From assembly GCA_003141195.1 (NCBI GenBank), contig PLLC01000088.1:8595-72594 (forward strand): DNA of 64,000 nt, given 5' to 3'. Made by a program: the position numbers and the translations under genes. Under the pieces are notes generated by a model. The model made no database searches. It saw only the letters and a program-made list of their open reading frames with translations, and was not told where the DNA came from. Below are positions 47,262 through 55,975 of the stretch, one piece after another; the stretch's first letter is position 1, and each line of letters starts with the position of its first letter. This DNA is from Syntrophaceae bacterium. GTDB taxonomy: Bacteria > Desulfobacterota > Syntrophia > Syntrophales > UBA5619.

Positions 47262-48129
47262 ACCGGATTGGTTAACCCTGCAGGCGCCCGATGCCAAAGC
47301 CCTGGACGGAATGAAGCGGCTGCTGGACGCAAGCCGTCTCCATACGGTTTGTGAAGACGCTGATTGCCCGAATATCGGCGAGTGTTTCGCCGGCAAAACC
47401 TGCACCTTTATGATTCTGGGCAATGTTTGCACCCGAAATTGCAGGTTTTGTGCGATTGTTCACGGGCGTCCTTCGGCAGTGGATTCGGGTGAGCCGCAGG
47501 CCGTTGCTTCTGCTGCCCGGCACTTGGGACTAAGACATGTGGTGGTGACCTCGGTTACGAGGGATGATCTGGCCGATGGGGGCGCCGGCCATTTTGCTGC
47601 TACCATCAGGGCTGTTCACGATGAGATGCCTGAAGCCACCGTTGAAGTGCTCATCCCCGATTTTCTGGGAAACATCGACTCCTTGCATCAGGTGATCGAT
47701 GCCGAACCGGATGTGATCAATCACAATGTAGAAACGGTCCCCCGGATCTACCCTTCCATCAGACCACAGGCTCTCTACAGCCGTTCCCTGGCGTTATTGC
47801 ATGGGATTCGTGAATTCGGAAGCGGCATATTGTCCAAGTCCGGTTTCATGCTGGGGTTGGGAGAGACGAACGGGGAAGTGATTGAGGTCATGGAGGATCT
47901 GCGTGCGGTACATTGTGATATTCTCACTCTGGGTCAGTACCTGAGTCCATCCCCCGTCCATCATCCCGTAGTTGAATATATTCACCCGGACACCTTCAAG
48001 ACGCTGGAAAAAATCGGCTACGATATGGGTTTTATAGAGGTTAATGCCGGGCCCCTGGTGCGGAGTTCCTACCACGCGGACAGGATTTTTTCAAGAATAG
48101 GCGCGAATAATGAGAAAGGGTGTCAATAA
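47254..48129 (+). CDS. lipA: Lipoyl synthase LipA
   Basis: VCEDADCPNIGECF (auxiliary cluster), CTRNCRFC (radical SAM cluster) and a C-terminal RSSY motif. Confidence 0.9.
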   Translation: MNKPDWLTLQAPDAKALDGMKRLLDASRLHTVCEDADCPNIGECFAGKTCTFMILGNVCTRNCRFCAIVHGRPSAVDSGEPQAVASAARHLGLRHVVVTSVTRDDLADGGAGHFAATIRAVHDEMPEATVEVLIPDFLGNIDSLHQVIDAEPDVINHNVETVPRIYPSIRPQALYSRSLALLHGIREFGSGILSKSGFMLGLGETNGEVIEVMEDLRAVHCDILTLGQYLSPSPVHHPVVEYIHPDTFKTLEKIGYDMGFIEVNAGPLVRSSYHADRIFSRIGANNEKGCQ

Positions 48130-48134
48130 AAATC

Positions 48135-48557
48135 ATGGCGAAAATAGATAAATATGAAATGCCTGACGATCTTTATTATACCACCGACCATGCCTGGGTG
48201 AAGGAAGAAGGCAAGTGCATCCGAATCGGGATAACGGATTTCATGCAACAGATGGCGGGTGAAATTACCTTTATACGGGTACCCAGGACCGGCAAGGATA
48301 TGGAAGAGGGCAAGACCCTGTGCACCCTGCAATCCGGTAAATGGGCCGGTAAAATATTGGTTCCCATGCAGGCCCTGGTCGTTGATGTCAATAAGGATTT
48401 AGCCGCGAATCCCCAGATATTGAATACGGATCCGTACCACCGGGGATGGATTGCGGTGTTGGAACCTGCCGACCTCTCCGGAGGGTTGGCAAAACTTCTC
48501 AAGGGAGAACGGGTGATCGATTGGCTTAAAGGGGAAATAGCGAAACATGGCGGATAA
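48135..48557 (+). CDS. GcvH-like lipoyl carrier protein, paralogue 1
   Basis: PDDLYYTTDHAWVK, GITDFMQ and lipoyl-Lys context LQSGKWAGKILVP. Confidence 0.75.
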   Translation: MAKIDKYEMPDDLYYTTDHAWVKEEGKCIRIGITDFMQQMAGEITFIRVPRTGKDMEEGKTLCTLQSGKWAGKILVPMQALVVDVNKDLAANPQILNTDPYHRGWIAVLEPADLSGGLAKLLKGERVIDWLKGEIAKHGG

Positions 48558-48586
48558 AGCGGGATCGGGGGAAAGAGGAACAAGGA

Positions 48587-50041
48587 ATGAAAAACGAGGC
48601 GCTGGAACAAATAAAACAGCAATTCGGCGACAGGGCTACCGATTCCCCTTTTGAATGCAGACTTTATTCACGCGACATGGCTCCCGTGCCGGCATTACTG
48701 GTGAATCCCCTGTTCAATACCCTGCCTGACCTTATCGTTCGTCCCTCAGATGCGGATGAAGCAGCCGGAATTTTAAAACTGGCCTTCGCCAACCATATCC
48801 CGGTTACTCCACGGGCCGGCGCCTCGACGGTGTATTTCAATTCGGTTCCGGTTAGAGGCGGCATCGTGATGGACCTCAATCTCCTCAAAGGAGTTGTGGG
48901 TCTTGATGAATCCGGGATGACGGTCACGGTGAAGGCGGGAACGACCTGTCGCGAACTGGATGAATATCTGAATCCTTTAGGGTTCGCGATGAAATCCTTC
49001 CCCAGCAGCGCACCGGTGGCCAGCATCGGCGGCTGGTTCTGCATGATGGGTTACGGCATCGGCAGCCTGAAATACGGCAGCCTGCTTTCCCAGGTACAGG
49101 CTGTTGAGGTGGTGCTCCCGACCGGCGAGGTCCGCCGGCTTACCCGGGATACGGAACCCCCTCTGGCCTGGTTTGCGGCTTCCGAGGGAACCCTGGGCAT
49201 CATAACCCAGTTGGAACTGGAGATTCGCAAATTGAGCCCCATGAAACATTTTCTGATCGCGTTTCCTGATGCCGGGAAAATGGGCCGCGCGTTGGAGGCC
49301 ATCCTTCATGCCCCGGTCATCCCCTATAATGTGCATTTTGCGGATGATCGGTGCGCGTTGGCCATGCATTCCCTGGGATTTTCCCCGGCCGATGAGGCGC
49401 CGGCCCATACGCTGGGAATCGATTACGAAGGCAGCAAAGAAGAGCTCAAACAAGCTCAGGATATGGTTGCAGCGCTGGTTGGGGCTGATCCAGCGACCCA
49501 CCTATCTTCGGCAGAAACCGCTGAACGGGAATGGGCGGAAAAATTCAATGCCCTGCGTTTAAAAAGAGGCGGGCCGTCTGTTTTGGGCAGCGAAATCTGG
49601 CTCCCGGTCAAAGCGTTGTCCGGTTATCTGTCTGATATTCGAAAAATGGCAGGCCGTTATGGCCTTGATCTCATATCCTACGGTCATGTGGTTACACCCG
49701 ATCGGGTCACCGTCATGACGATGTTCTATACGGATGAAACCAGAACCATTGCCTATATTCTTGATCTGAGCCTGGTCAAGAAAATACACGATGTGGGGCG
49801 CCGTCACGGGGGTTGTCCGTATGGGGTGGGATTGTGGAATACCCCGTACCTGGGCCGAATGTTTACGCCCTCGCACCTGAATGAACTGAGGCAGAGAAAG
49901 CAGATGTTAGACGGCCGAGGAATCATGAATCCCGGCAAAGTGTACCGCTCGCCGGTCATCTTGAATCCATTCAATTTTACAGCGGGTATGGAAGTCCTGG
50001 CCGCGGTGAGGCGCGTTGCAGGAAGGAGCGGCCGCAGATGA
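48587..50041 (+). CDS. FAD-linked oxidase (GlcD / D-2-hydroxyacid dehydrogenase-like)
   Basis: PCMH-type FAD-binding domain (PVTPRAGASTV, GGIVMDL, EGTLGIIT) plus FAD-oxidase C-terminal domain (GIMNPGK). Confidence 0.8.
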   Translation: MKNEALEQIKQQFGDRATDSPFECRLYSRDMAPVPALLVNPLFNTLPDLIVRPSDADEAAGILKLAFANHIPVTPRAGASTVYFNSVPVRGGIVMDLNLLKGVVGLDESGMTVTVKAGTTCRELDEYLNPLGFAMKSFPSSAPVASIGGWFCMMGYGIGSLKYGSLLSQVQAVEVVLPTGEVRRLTRDTEPPLAWFAASEGTLGIITQLELEIRKLSPMKHFLIAFPDAGKMGRALEAILHAPVIPYNVHFADDRCALAMHSLGFSPADEAPAHTLGIDYEGSKEELKQAQDMVAALVGADPATHLSSAETAEREWAEKFNALRLKRGGPSVLGSEIWLPVKALSGYLSDIRKMAGRYGLDLISYGHVVTPDRVTVMTMFYTDETRTIAYILDLSLVKKIHDVGRRHGGCPYGVGLWNTPYLGRMFTPSHLNELRQRKQMLDGRGIMNPGKVYRSPVILNPFNFTAGMEVLAAVRRVAGRSGRR

Positions 50042-51204
50042 GTGAAAAATCCGTCAAACCATTCACCAACCCGGAAAAGGAAGCCTTGATCTGCGGACGC
50101 TGCGGTTATTGCCGGAGCGCCTGCCCGGTTTATAACGTGGTAGGCTGGGAGTCGGCGGCCCCTCGGGGCAAGATTGCCATGGCCAAGGAAATCTTTTCGT
50201 ATGGAAACCAGGCTGCATTCAGTGCGGAGTTTGTACGCCGGATGGCGCAATGCACCCTGTGCGGGGCATGCGCCGGCGAATGTTCCACCGCTATTGACAC
50301 CAGAAAATTGTGGCTGGAATTGCGTAAACGCATCGTCGAACTGGGTAAAGAGCCTAAAGCCTACAGAGCCATGCAGAATAACCTGCTCGCCAGGAAGAAT
50401 ATTTCAACCTTTCCCAATGATGAACGGTTGGAATGGGCCCAGGATCTGGATGATCCTGATGCGCTGGAGCCGCGGGCGGGTGCAGGGGTCGGTTATTTCG
50501 TAGGCTGCGTTTCCTCTTTCTTCCCCCAGGCAGCCCAGATCCCCCTGGCCATTGCCGGGATATTTACAGAGGCCGGGGTTGATTTTACCACGATGGGCGG
50601 AGAAGAATGGTGCTGCGGTTTTCCGCTTATAAGCACCGGATTTGTCGATGATTCCAAAAAATTCATCCGGCACAATGTTAACAAAATCAAGGAACTGGAT
50701 ATCCATACCCTGGTAGCCAGTTGCGCCTCCTGCTATCACGTCTGGAAACATGACAGCCAGGAGGCATTGCAGGGCTATAACCTGGAGATATTGCACACTA
50801 CGGAATACCTTGCCCGCCTGATCCAAGAGGGACGCATCCCGATGCATAAGCTAACGGAGACCGTAACGTACCATGACCCTTGTGATCTGGGTCGCAACGG
50901 CGGGGTCTATGATGCCCCCCGGGAAATCATCAGGAGCATTCCGGAAGTCCGTTTTGTAGAACTGCCGCACCACCACGAACGGGCGCTGTGCTGCGGCGGT
51001 GGAGGCAACCTGCAGAGCGTAGATGCCGATTTGGCGGCGGAAATAGCCCGGCTCAGAACCGAGGAAATCAAGGCCATCGGAGCAACGGTCGTCGTTTCGG
51101 CCTGTCAGCAATGCGAACAGATGCTGACCGCGGCCATCCGCGAGGCCAAACTGCCGGTGAGGGTAATGGATGTAAGTCAATTCATCTTGGAAGCGATGGG
51201 GTAA
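50038..51204 (+). CDS. Fe-S oxidoreductase with two CCG domains (GlcF / HdrD-like)
   Basis: Two ferredoxin-type motifs (CGRCGYCRSACP, CTLCGACAGEC) and two CCG motifs (EEWCCGFP, ALCCGGGG). ATGA overlap with the upstream gene. Confidence 0.8.
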   Translation: MSEKSVKPFTNPEKEALICGRCGYCRSACPVYNVVGWESAAPRGKIAMAKEIFSYGNQAAFSAEFVRRMAQCTLCGACAGECSTAIDTRKLWLELRKRIVELGKEPKAYRAMQNNLLARKNISTFPNDERLEWAQDLDDPDALEPRAGAGVGYFVGCVSSFFPQAAQIPLAIAGIFTEAGVDFTTMGGEEWCCGFPLISTGFVDDSKKFIRHNVNKIKELDIHTLVASCASCYHVWKHDSQEALQGYNLEILHTTEYLARLIQEGRIPMHKLTETVTYHDPCDLGRNGGVYDAPREIIRSIPEVRFVELPHHHERALCCGGGGNLQSVDADLAAEIARLRTEEIKAIGATVVVSACQQCEQMLTAAIREAKLPVRVMDVSQFILEAMG

Positions 51205-51247
51205 AGCGATGATCCGTGAGGGGTAAGGGGTTGGGAGGTTCAAGGAA

Positions 51248-52147
51248 ATGGATTTGTATCACCTGGGGCCGGTAGGGTGGGTGGAATCACAAAGCATCTA
51301 TCATGCCCTGGCCTTGCTGGGCCGCGAAGGGTTAATTATCTGTTACCCGACTACGCCTTATATCTGCCTGGGATTGCACGACGACCTGGATTACGAAATT
51401 GACCAGCCCTACTGCCGGGAACGGGGGATTCCCCTGTTACGGCGCGAGACTGGAGGCGGGGTTGTTTACCTGGATGACCGCCAGCTTTTTTTTCAACTGG
51501 TCTTGAGACAGGATAATCCCTTACTTCCATTGCGCAGGCATCGCTTTTACGAAAAGTTCCTGCAACCCGCCCTTTCCGTATACCGGGATTTGGGAATGGC
51601 TGCAGAATGGAAGGCGCCCGCAGATATCGCAGCCGGGGGAAGGAAATTTTCGGGGAATGGGTCGGGGGACATTGGGCGCTGCGTGGCGTATGTGGGAAAC
51701 ATCCTGTTGGACTTTGATTTCGTGACGATGAGCCGGGCATTAAGGGTTCCCGATGAGACCTATCGCCGGCATTTATACCGGATCATGCGGGCCAATATCA
51801 TCACGCTGGCGGATTGTCTCGAATATCCGGTGGAATATTCCACTCTGGCAACCGGCCTTATTGCCGGTTTTAAAGAGCAACTGGGCGATCTGTCCCCACG
51901 CGGTCTGGATGCGGAGTTGCGCGAAACTGCCCGACGGGTCGGGGAACGACTTACTTCCCGGGAGTGGCTGGACCTGCCCGGACGCAGACCCGCCGGGCGC
52001 AAGGTAAAGATAGCCGAGGGGTTATATCTCCTGGCGCAGGAGACCGTTGGACCGAACCGCAACGCGGTGCTCGTCAGAGATGGGATCTCAGAAGAAATCA
52101 TGGCCGGCAATGATGCAATGGAGCCGGTTTTGCCTGTCAGGGCATGA
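51248..52147 (+). CDS. BPL/LplA/LipB-family protein, short form (LplA catalytic domain only; LipL-like amidotransferase or ligase)
   Basis: RRETGGGVVY and AAGGRKFSGNG (conserved Lys) motifs. 299 aa with no LplA C-terminal accessory domain. Confidence 0.65.
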   Translation: MDLYHLGPVGWVESQSIYHALALLGREGLIICYPTTPYICLGLHDDLDYEIDQPYCRERGIPLLRRETGGGVVYLDDRQLFFQLVLRQDNPLLPLRRHRFYEKFLQPALSVYRDLGMAAEWKAPADIAAGGRKFSGNGSGDIGRCVAYVGNILLDFDFVTMSRALRVPDETYRRHLYRIMRANIITLADCLEYPVEYSTLATGLIAGFKEQLGDLSPRGLDAELRETARRVGERLTSREWLDLPGRRPAGRKVKIAEGLYLLAQETVGPNRNAVLVRDGISEEIMAGNDAMEPVLPVRA

Positions 52148-52170
52148 AGTTCAATGGGAGGGGGGAAAGG

Positions 52171-52599
52171 ATGCAAATGGAGAAAAGAGCGATCCCCGAT
52201 GATCTTTTCTATGACAGCAATGATTTCTGGATAAAGGTTGATCAAGAGGCAGTGATCGGGCTGACGGATTATGGGCAGAGCAATATCGGCGACATCATTT
52301 ACCTGGAGTTTGTCGCCGCCGGTACGGTCGTCCGGCAAGGCGACCGATGCGGTTCCATCGAGTCAGGCAAATGGGTGGGCAGCCTCTTGGCGCCAGTCTC
52401 GGGAGTTATCGTGGAAACCAATCGCGAGGCGGAAGCCGACCCGCATAAAGTCAATGCCGACCCCTTTGGCCGGGGATGGTTGTACCGGATGGAACCGGCC
52501 AACCGAAACGAGATAACCCTGCTGATGAATTCCAGCGCTTATAAAGCCTGGATTGAGGAGCGAATCCGTCTAAAAGAGAAGGATGATGTGACCTTATGA
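52171..52599 (+). CDS. GcvH-like lipoyl carrier protein, paralogue 2
   Basis: PDDLFYDSNDFWIK, GLTDYGQ and lipoyl-Lys context IESGKWVGSLLAPVSG. GGGAGGGGGGAAAGG RBS before ATG 52171. Confidence 0.75.
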   Translation: MQMEKRAIPDDLFYDSNDFWIKVDQEAVIGLTDYGQSNIGDIIYLEFVAAGTVVRQGDRCGSIESGKWVGSLLAPVSGVIVETNREAEADPHKVNADPFGRGWLYRMEPANRNEITLLMNSSAYKAWIEERIRLKEKDDVTL

Positions 52600-53705
52600 G
52601 ACAGGTTTGGCGGCTCCTTGACACCGGCGAACTGCCGGCAGCAAACAATATGACCCTGGAGCAGGCGATACTGACCGCCCGCAGCCGGAATTTTATCCCG
52701 AATACCCTGCACTTTTTGCAATTTTCTCCTCATTGTGCGCTGGTAGGCTACCACCAGGCCGTGGAATTAGAGGTGGAAGAAGAATACTGCCGGGAGCATG
52801 GAATAGACATCAACCGCCGCATCAGCGGCGGGGGGAGTATATATATGGACGAGGGACAGTTGGGATGGGAAATATTTGCCTTGAAGGATACCCCCGGCAT
52901 ACCCAAACGACTGGAGGATATGTACCGGCTGATGTGTGAGAGCGTTGTGACCGGCCTCGCCAAACTGGGGATAGACGCCCGTTATCGCCCCCTGAATGAC
53001 ATCGAGGTGGGGGGACGTAAGATTTCCGGCACTGGCGGTACGGAGATGGGAAATTCCCTTCTGTATCATGGCACCCTGCTGACCGATTTCGATGCGGATA
53101 CGATGATCGCATGCCTGAAACTGCCCTTAAAGAAACTGGAAGACAAACAAATCCGGTCGTTTAAAGAACGCGTGACCTGTCTGCGGGAGGCCCTGGGCCA
53201 TGTGCCCCCCATGCCGGATATCAAAAAGGCTATGGCAGAGGGTTTCGCCGAAGTTCTAAGAGTGGATCTGGAACCGGGCGGCCTGACCGAATATGAAGGA
53301 ACGCTTATGGTCGAGGAATTGCCGAAATTCCAATCGGAGGAGTGGATCAGAGGACCGCGTGCGTCGCAGGAGAGCAATTTGAGCGCAGCGGACTATAAGA
53401 CCCCGGGAGGACTGATCAGGGTTTCGCTCCGTATCGACCCTCTTCGTCAGCGCATCAAGAGCGTTTTTATCACCGGTGATTTTTTCGCCTACCCGGAACG
53501 AAGCATCCTGGATCTGGAGGCTGCCCTCAAGAATTCCTCCAGCAGACCGACCGATGTTCTGGCAACGGTGCGCAATTTTTTTACCAGCAACGATGTGAAG
53601 ATTCCGGGCGTAGCGGCGGATGATTTCTATCATGCGCTTCGTCTGGCAATCTCTGCCCATAGACGCAGCGAATCCAATGGAAGAGAGGGCGATGCAATCC
53701 AATAG
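52596..53705 (+). CDS. Lipoate-protein ligase (LplA-like, catalytic plus C-terminal accessory domain)
   Basis: RRISGGGSIY and VGGRKISGTG motifs. C-terminal domain with FITGDFF. ATGA overlap with the upstream gcvH-like gene. Confidence 0.75.
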   Translation: MRQVWRLLDTGELPAANNMTLEQAILTARSRNFIPNTLHFLQFSPHCALVGYHQAVELEVEEEYCREHGIDINRRISGGGSIYMDEGQLGWEIFALKDTPGIPKRLEDMYRLMCESVVTGLAKLGIDARYRPLNDIEVGGRKISGTGGTEMGNSLLYHGTLLTDFDADTMIACLKLPLKKLEDKQIRSFKERVTCLREALGHVPPMPDIKKAMAEGFAEVLRVDLEPGGLTEYEGTLMVEELPKFQSEEWIRGPRASQESNLSAADYKTPGGLIRVSLRIDPLRQRIKSVFITGDFFAYPERSILDLEAALKNSSSRPTDVLATVRNFFTSNDVKIPGVAADDFYHALRLAISAHRRSESNGREGDAIQ

Positions 53706-54768
53706 AGAAAGTCCGCAATTTGTCCGGACCAGCCTCGCAGGAGCGATATGTCTGGGCCTGGAACCGGGCCGGTTCATGCCTAAAATCAGGTGTACCTGCC
53801 TCAATCTCCTGTTGACGTATGTTGGTGGTTGCCGGGCCGCATGCAGTTATTGCGGACTGGCTCATAACAGCCAGGCGGACAAATCAAAAACTTTTATCCG
53901 GGTCAAATGGCCCACGTATCCGCTAACGGAAATCTTAGAGCGGGTAAGGAGCGGCAGGCATCCCTTTAAGCGGGTGTGCGTATCCATGATTACCCATGGC
54001 CATGCCGTGGAGGATGCCTGCACCATCATACGCCAGGTGCGGGAGAGCGTCGGCCTGCCTGTCAGCGGATTGTTGGCGCCGACCGTTATGGAGGGCAAGA
54101 ATGATCTGCAAAAAATCCGCTCAGCGGGCGCCGACCGGGTGGGCATTGCCATCGATGCGGCAACGGAAGAATTGTTTGCCCTGCACCGGGGGGCCGGGGT
54201 TGGCGGCCCCCACCGGTGGGACCCTTTCTGGTGGTGCGTAGCCGATTCTGCAGAGGTATTTGGCCGTTACAAGGCAGGGGTTCACCTGATCGCAGGCCTG
54301 GGCGAGACCGAAGAACAGATGGTCCATGCCATCGCAAAAGCTTACCGCATGGGCGCCATGACCCACCTGTTTTCGTTTTTCCCCGAAGGCGGCAGCATCC
54401 TGCAGAATCGTCCGCAGCCGCCTCTGGGAAAATACCGCCGGATACAACTGGCGCGTTATTTAATCAATGAAGGCATCACCGATATCCATAACATCCTTTT
54501 TTCACACGAAGGGCGGATCATCGATTTCGGGGTGGACATCGAACCCTGCCTCCAAAAAGGGGAGGCTTTTATGACCTCGGGTTGCCCGGATCAAGACGGC
54601 CAAGTGGCCTGCAACCGGCCCTTCGGCAATGAACGGGCCAGTGAACCGATGCGCAATTACCCCTTCCAGCCCGGACCGGAGGACATAGAGAGGATTCTTC
54701 CCCAAATATGGGATGATGACCTTGTAAAAAGTCTTAATCGTCGTGAAAATGGGGATGGAGTCGCGTGA
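53692..54768 (+). CDS. Radical SAM protein, candidate two-component lipoyl synthase subunit (LipS1/LipS2-like)
   Basis: CX3CX2C motif GGCRAACSYCGL, plus C-terminal cysteines TSGCPDQDGQVACNRPF. Start is 53692 (or 53677) and overlaps the lplA end. Confidence 0.6.
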   Translation: MQSNRESPQFVRTSLAGAICLGLEPGRFMPKIRCTCLNLLLTYVGGCRAACSYCGLAHNSQADKSKTFIRVKWPTYPLTEILERVRSGRHPFKRVCVSMITHGHAVEDACTIIRQVRESVGLPVSGLLAPTVMEGKNDLQKIRSAGADRVGIAIDAATEELFALHRGAGVGGPHRWDPFWWCVADSAEVFGRYKAGVHLIAGLGETEEQMVHAIAKAYRMGAMTHLFSFFPEGGSILQNRPQPPLGKYRRIQLARYLINEGITDIHNILFSHEGRIIDFGVDIEPCLQKGEAFMTSGCPDQDGQVACNRPFGNERASEPMRNYPFQPGPEDIERILPQIWDDDLVKSLNRRENGDGVA

Positions 54769-54769
54769 T

Positions 54770-55765
54770 ATGACAGCCATTCGGGCAATGATTCAACAGG
54801 CCTGGGAAACCAGGCAGGAGTTCAAGCCGGAAATATGGTTTTCAGCCCCCGGGGCCAAGCACTATGATAACCAATATTATTCGAACCGCCCATTTTCCTT
54901 TGCCAATCTAAGTGTCACCGGGGAAGCCTGCGCCTGCCGATGCGCCCATTGTGAGGGCGCGTTGCTGCAGACCATGATTGGGGCGACCAGCCCGCAAGCG
55001 ATGCGCAGGGTAGTTGACAAGCTGCTGAAAAATGGTTGCCGGGGCATTCTGGTGAGCGGGGGCGGCAACTCAAATGGGGAAGTTCCCCTGCAGCCCTTTG
55101 TGGAAGTGATGGGTTATGCCAAACAGATGGGGCTGAAGGTACTGGTTCATGGCGGGCTGATTCGGCGGGAAACGGCCGCCATGCTGAAAGAAGCCGAGGT
55201 GGATCAGGTATTGATGGATGTGATTGGCGATGAAGGAACCATCCGCGAAGTCTGTCACCTCAACCGGAAACCTGCCGATTATCTTCAATCCATGCTCTAC
55301 TGTCGCGACGCGGGTTTAAATATTGCCCCTCATATCGTAATCGGCTTGCACTTTGGTCAAATCCGGGGGGAACGGCGGTCCCTGGAAATGATCCGGCAGG
55401 CAGATCCTGAAACGATCGTACTGGTTATCTTGACCCCTGCCTGTGGAACCGCCATGGCGGGGATTCAACCGCCATCGATGGATGAGGCAGCCGAAATCAT
55501 GGCAACCGCACGGGTTTTAAATCCCGTTACGCCGATAACCCTGGGTTGCGCGCGACCGCCGGGTCAATACAAACAACGGGCCGAGATTAATGCAATAGAT
55601 TGCGGCGTGAATGGAATCGCTTATCCTGATGAAGCCACCGTTGCTTATGCGCGGAATAAAGGTTTGAAAACAGTCTTTTCAGAAGAGTGCTGCAGCCTGC
55701 TGGGGAAAAGTCTTCCCAGTCCTCATCACATGTCCGTGATCGACGCCGTCACCGCCGGTGGATGA
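54770..55765 (+). CDS. Radical SAM protein, candidate two-component lipoyl synthase subunit (LipS1/LipS2-like)
   Basis: CX3CX2C motif CACRCAHCEG, plus LGCARPPG and a C-terminal EECCS. Start is uncertain (54743, 54749, 54755 or 54770). Confidence 0.6.
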   Translation: MTAIRAMIQQAWETRQEFKPEIWFSAPGAKHYDNQYYSNRPFSFANLSVTGEACACRCAHCEGALLQTMIGATSPQAMRRVVDKLLKNGCRGILVSGGGNSNGEVPLQPFVEVMGYAKQMGLKVLVHGGLIRRETAAMLKEAEVDQVLMDVIGDEGTIREVCHLNRKPADYLQSMLYCRDAGLNIAPHIVIGLHFGQIRGERRSLEMIRQADPETIVLVILTPACGTAMAGIQPPSMDEAAEIMATARVLNPVTPITLGCARPPGQYKQRAEINAIDCGVNGIAYPDEATVAYARNKGLKTVFSEECCSLLGKSLPSPHHMSVIDAVTAGG

Positions 55766-55973
55766 ACCAGAGGATCAGAGTGAGGACCAAACTGACCAGG
55801 ATGCTCGTCGCCAGCGGAAAGTAGAGGGAGACGTTCTTCCCCCGCCAGAAGAAATCCCCGGGAAGCCTCCCGAACCAGGGAATCTTCCCCGCAAAGATCA
55901 GGACAAGGCCGATCCCCGCGATCACGAGCCCGATCACGAACAGAATCCGGCCGAGACCGGAAAAGTCAAACAT
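55749..55973 (-). CDS. DUF2905 small membrane protein
   Basis: MFDFSGLGRILFVIGL...WFGRLPGDFFWRGKN. ATG 55971-55973 with a GGAAGGA RBS. The rest of ORF 55749-56381 was rejected. Confidence 0.65.
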   Translation of the reverse strand: MFDFSGLGRILFVIGLVIAGIGLVLIFAGKIPWFGRLPGDFFWRGKNVSLYFPLATSILVSLVLTLILWFIHRR

Positions 55974-55975
55974 CG

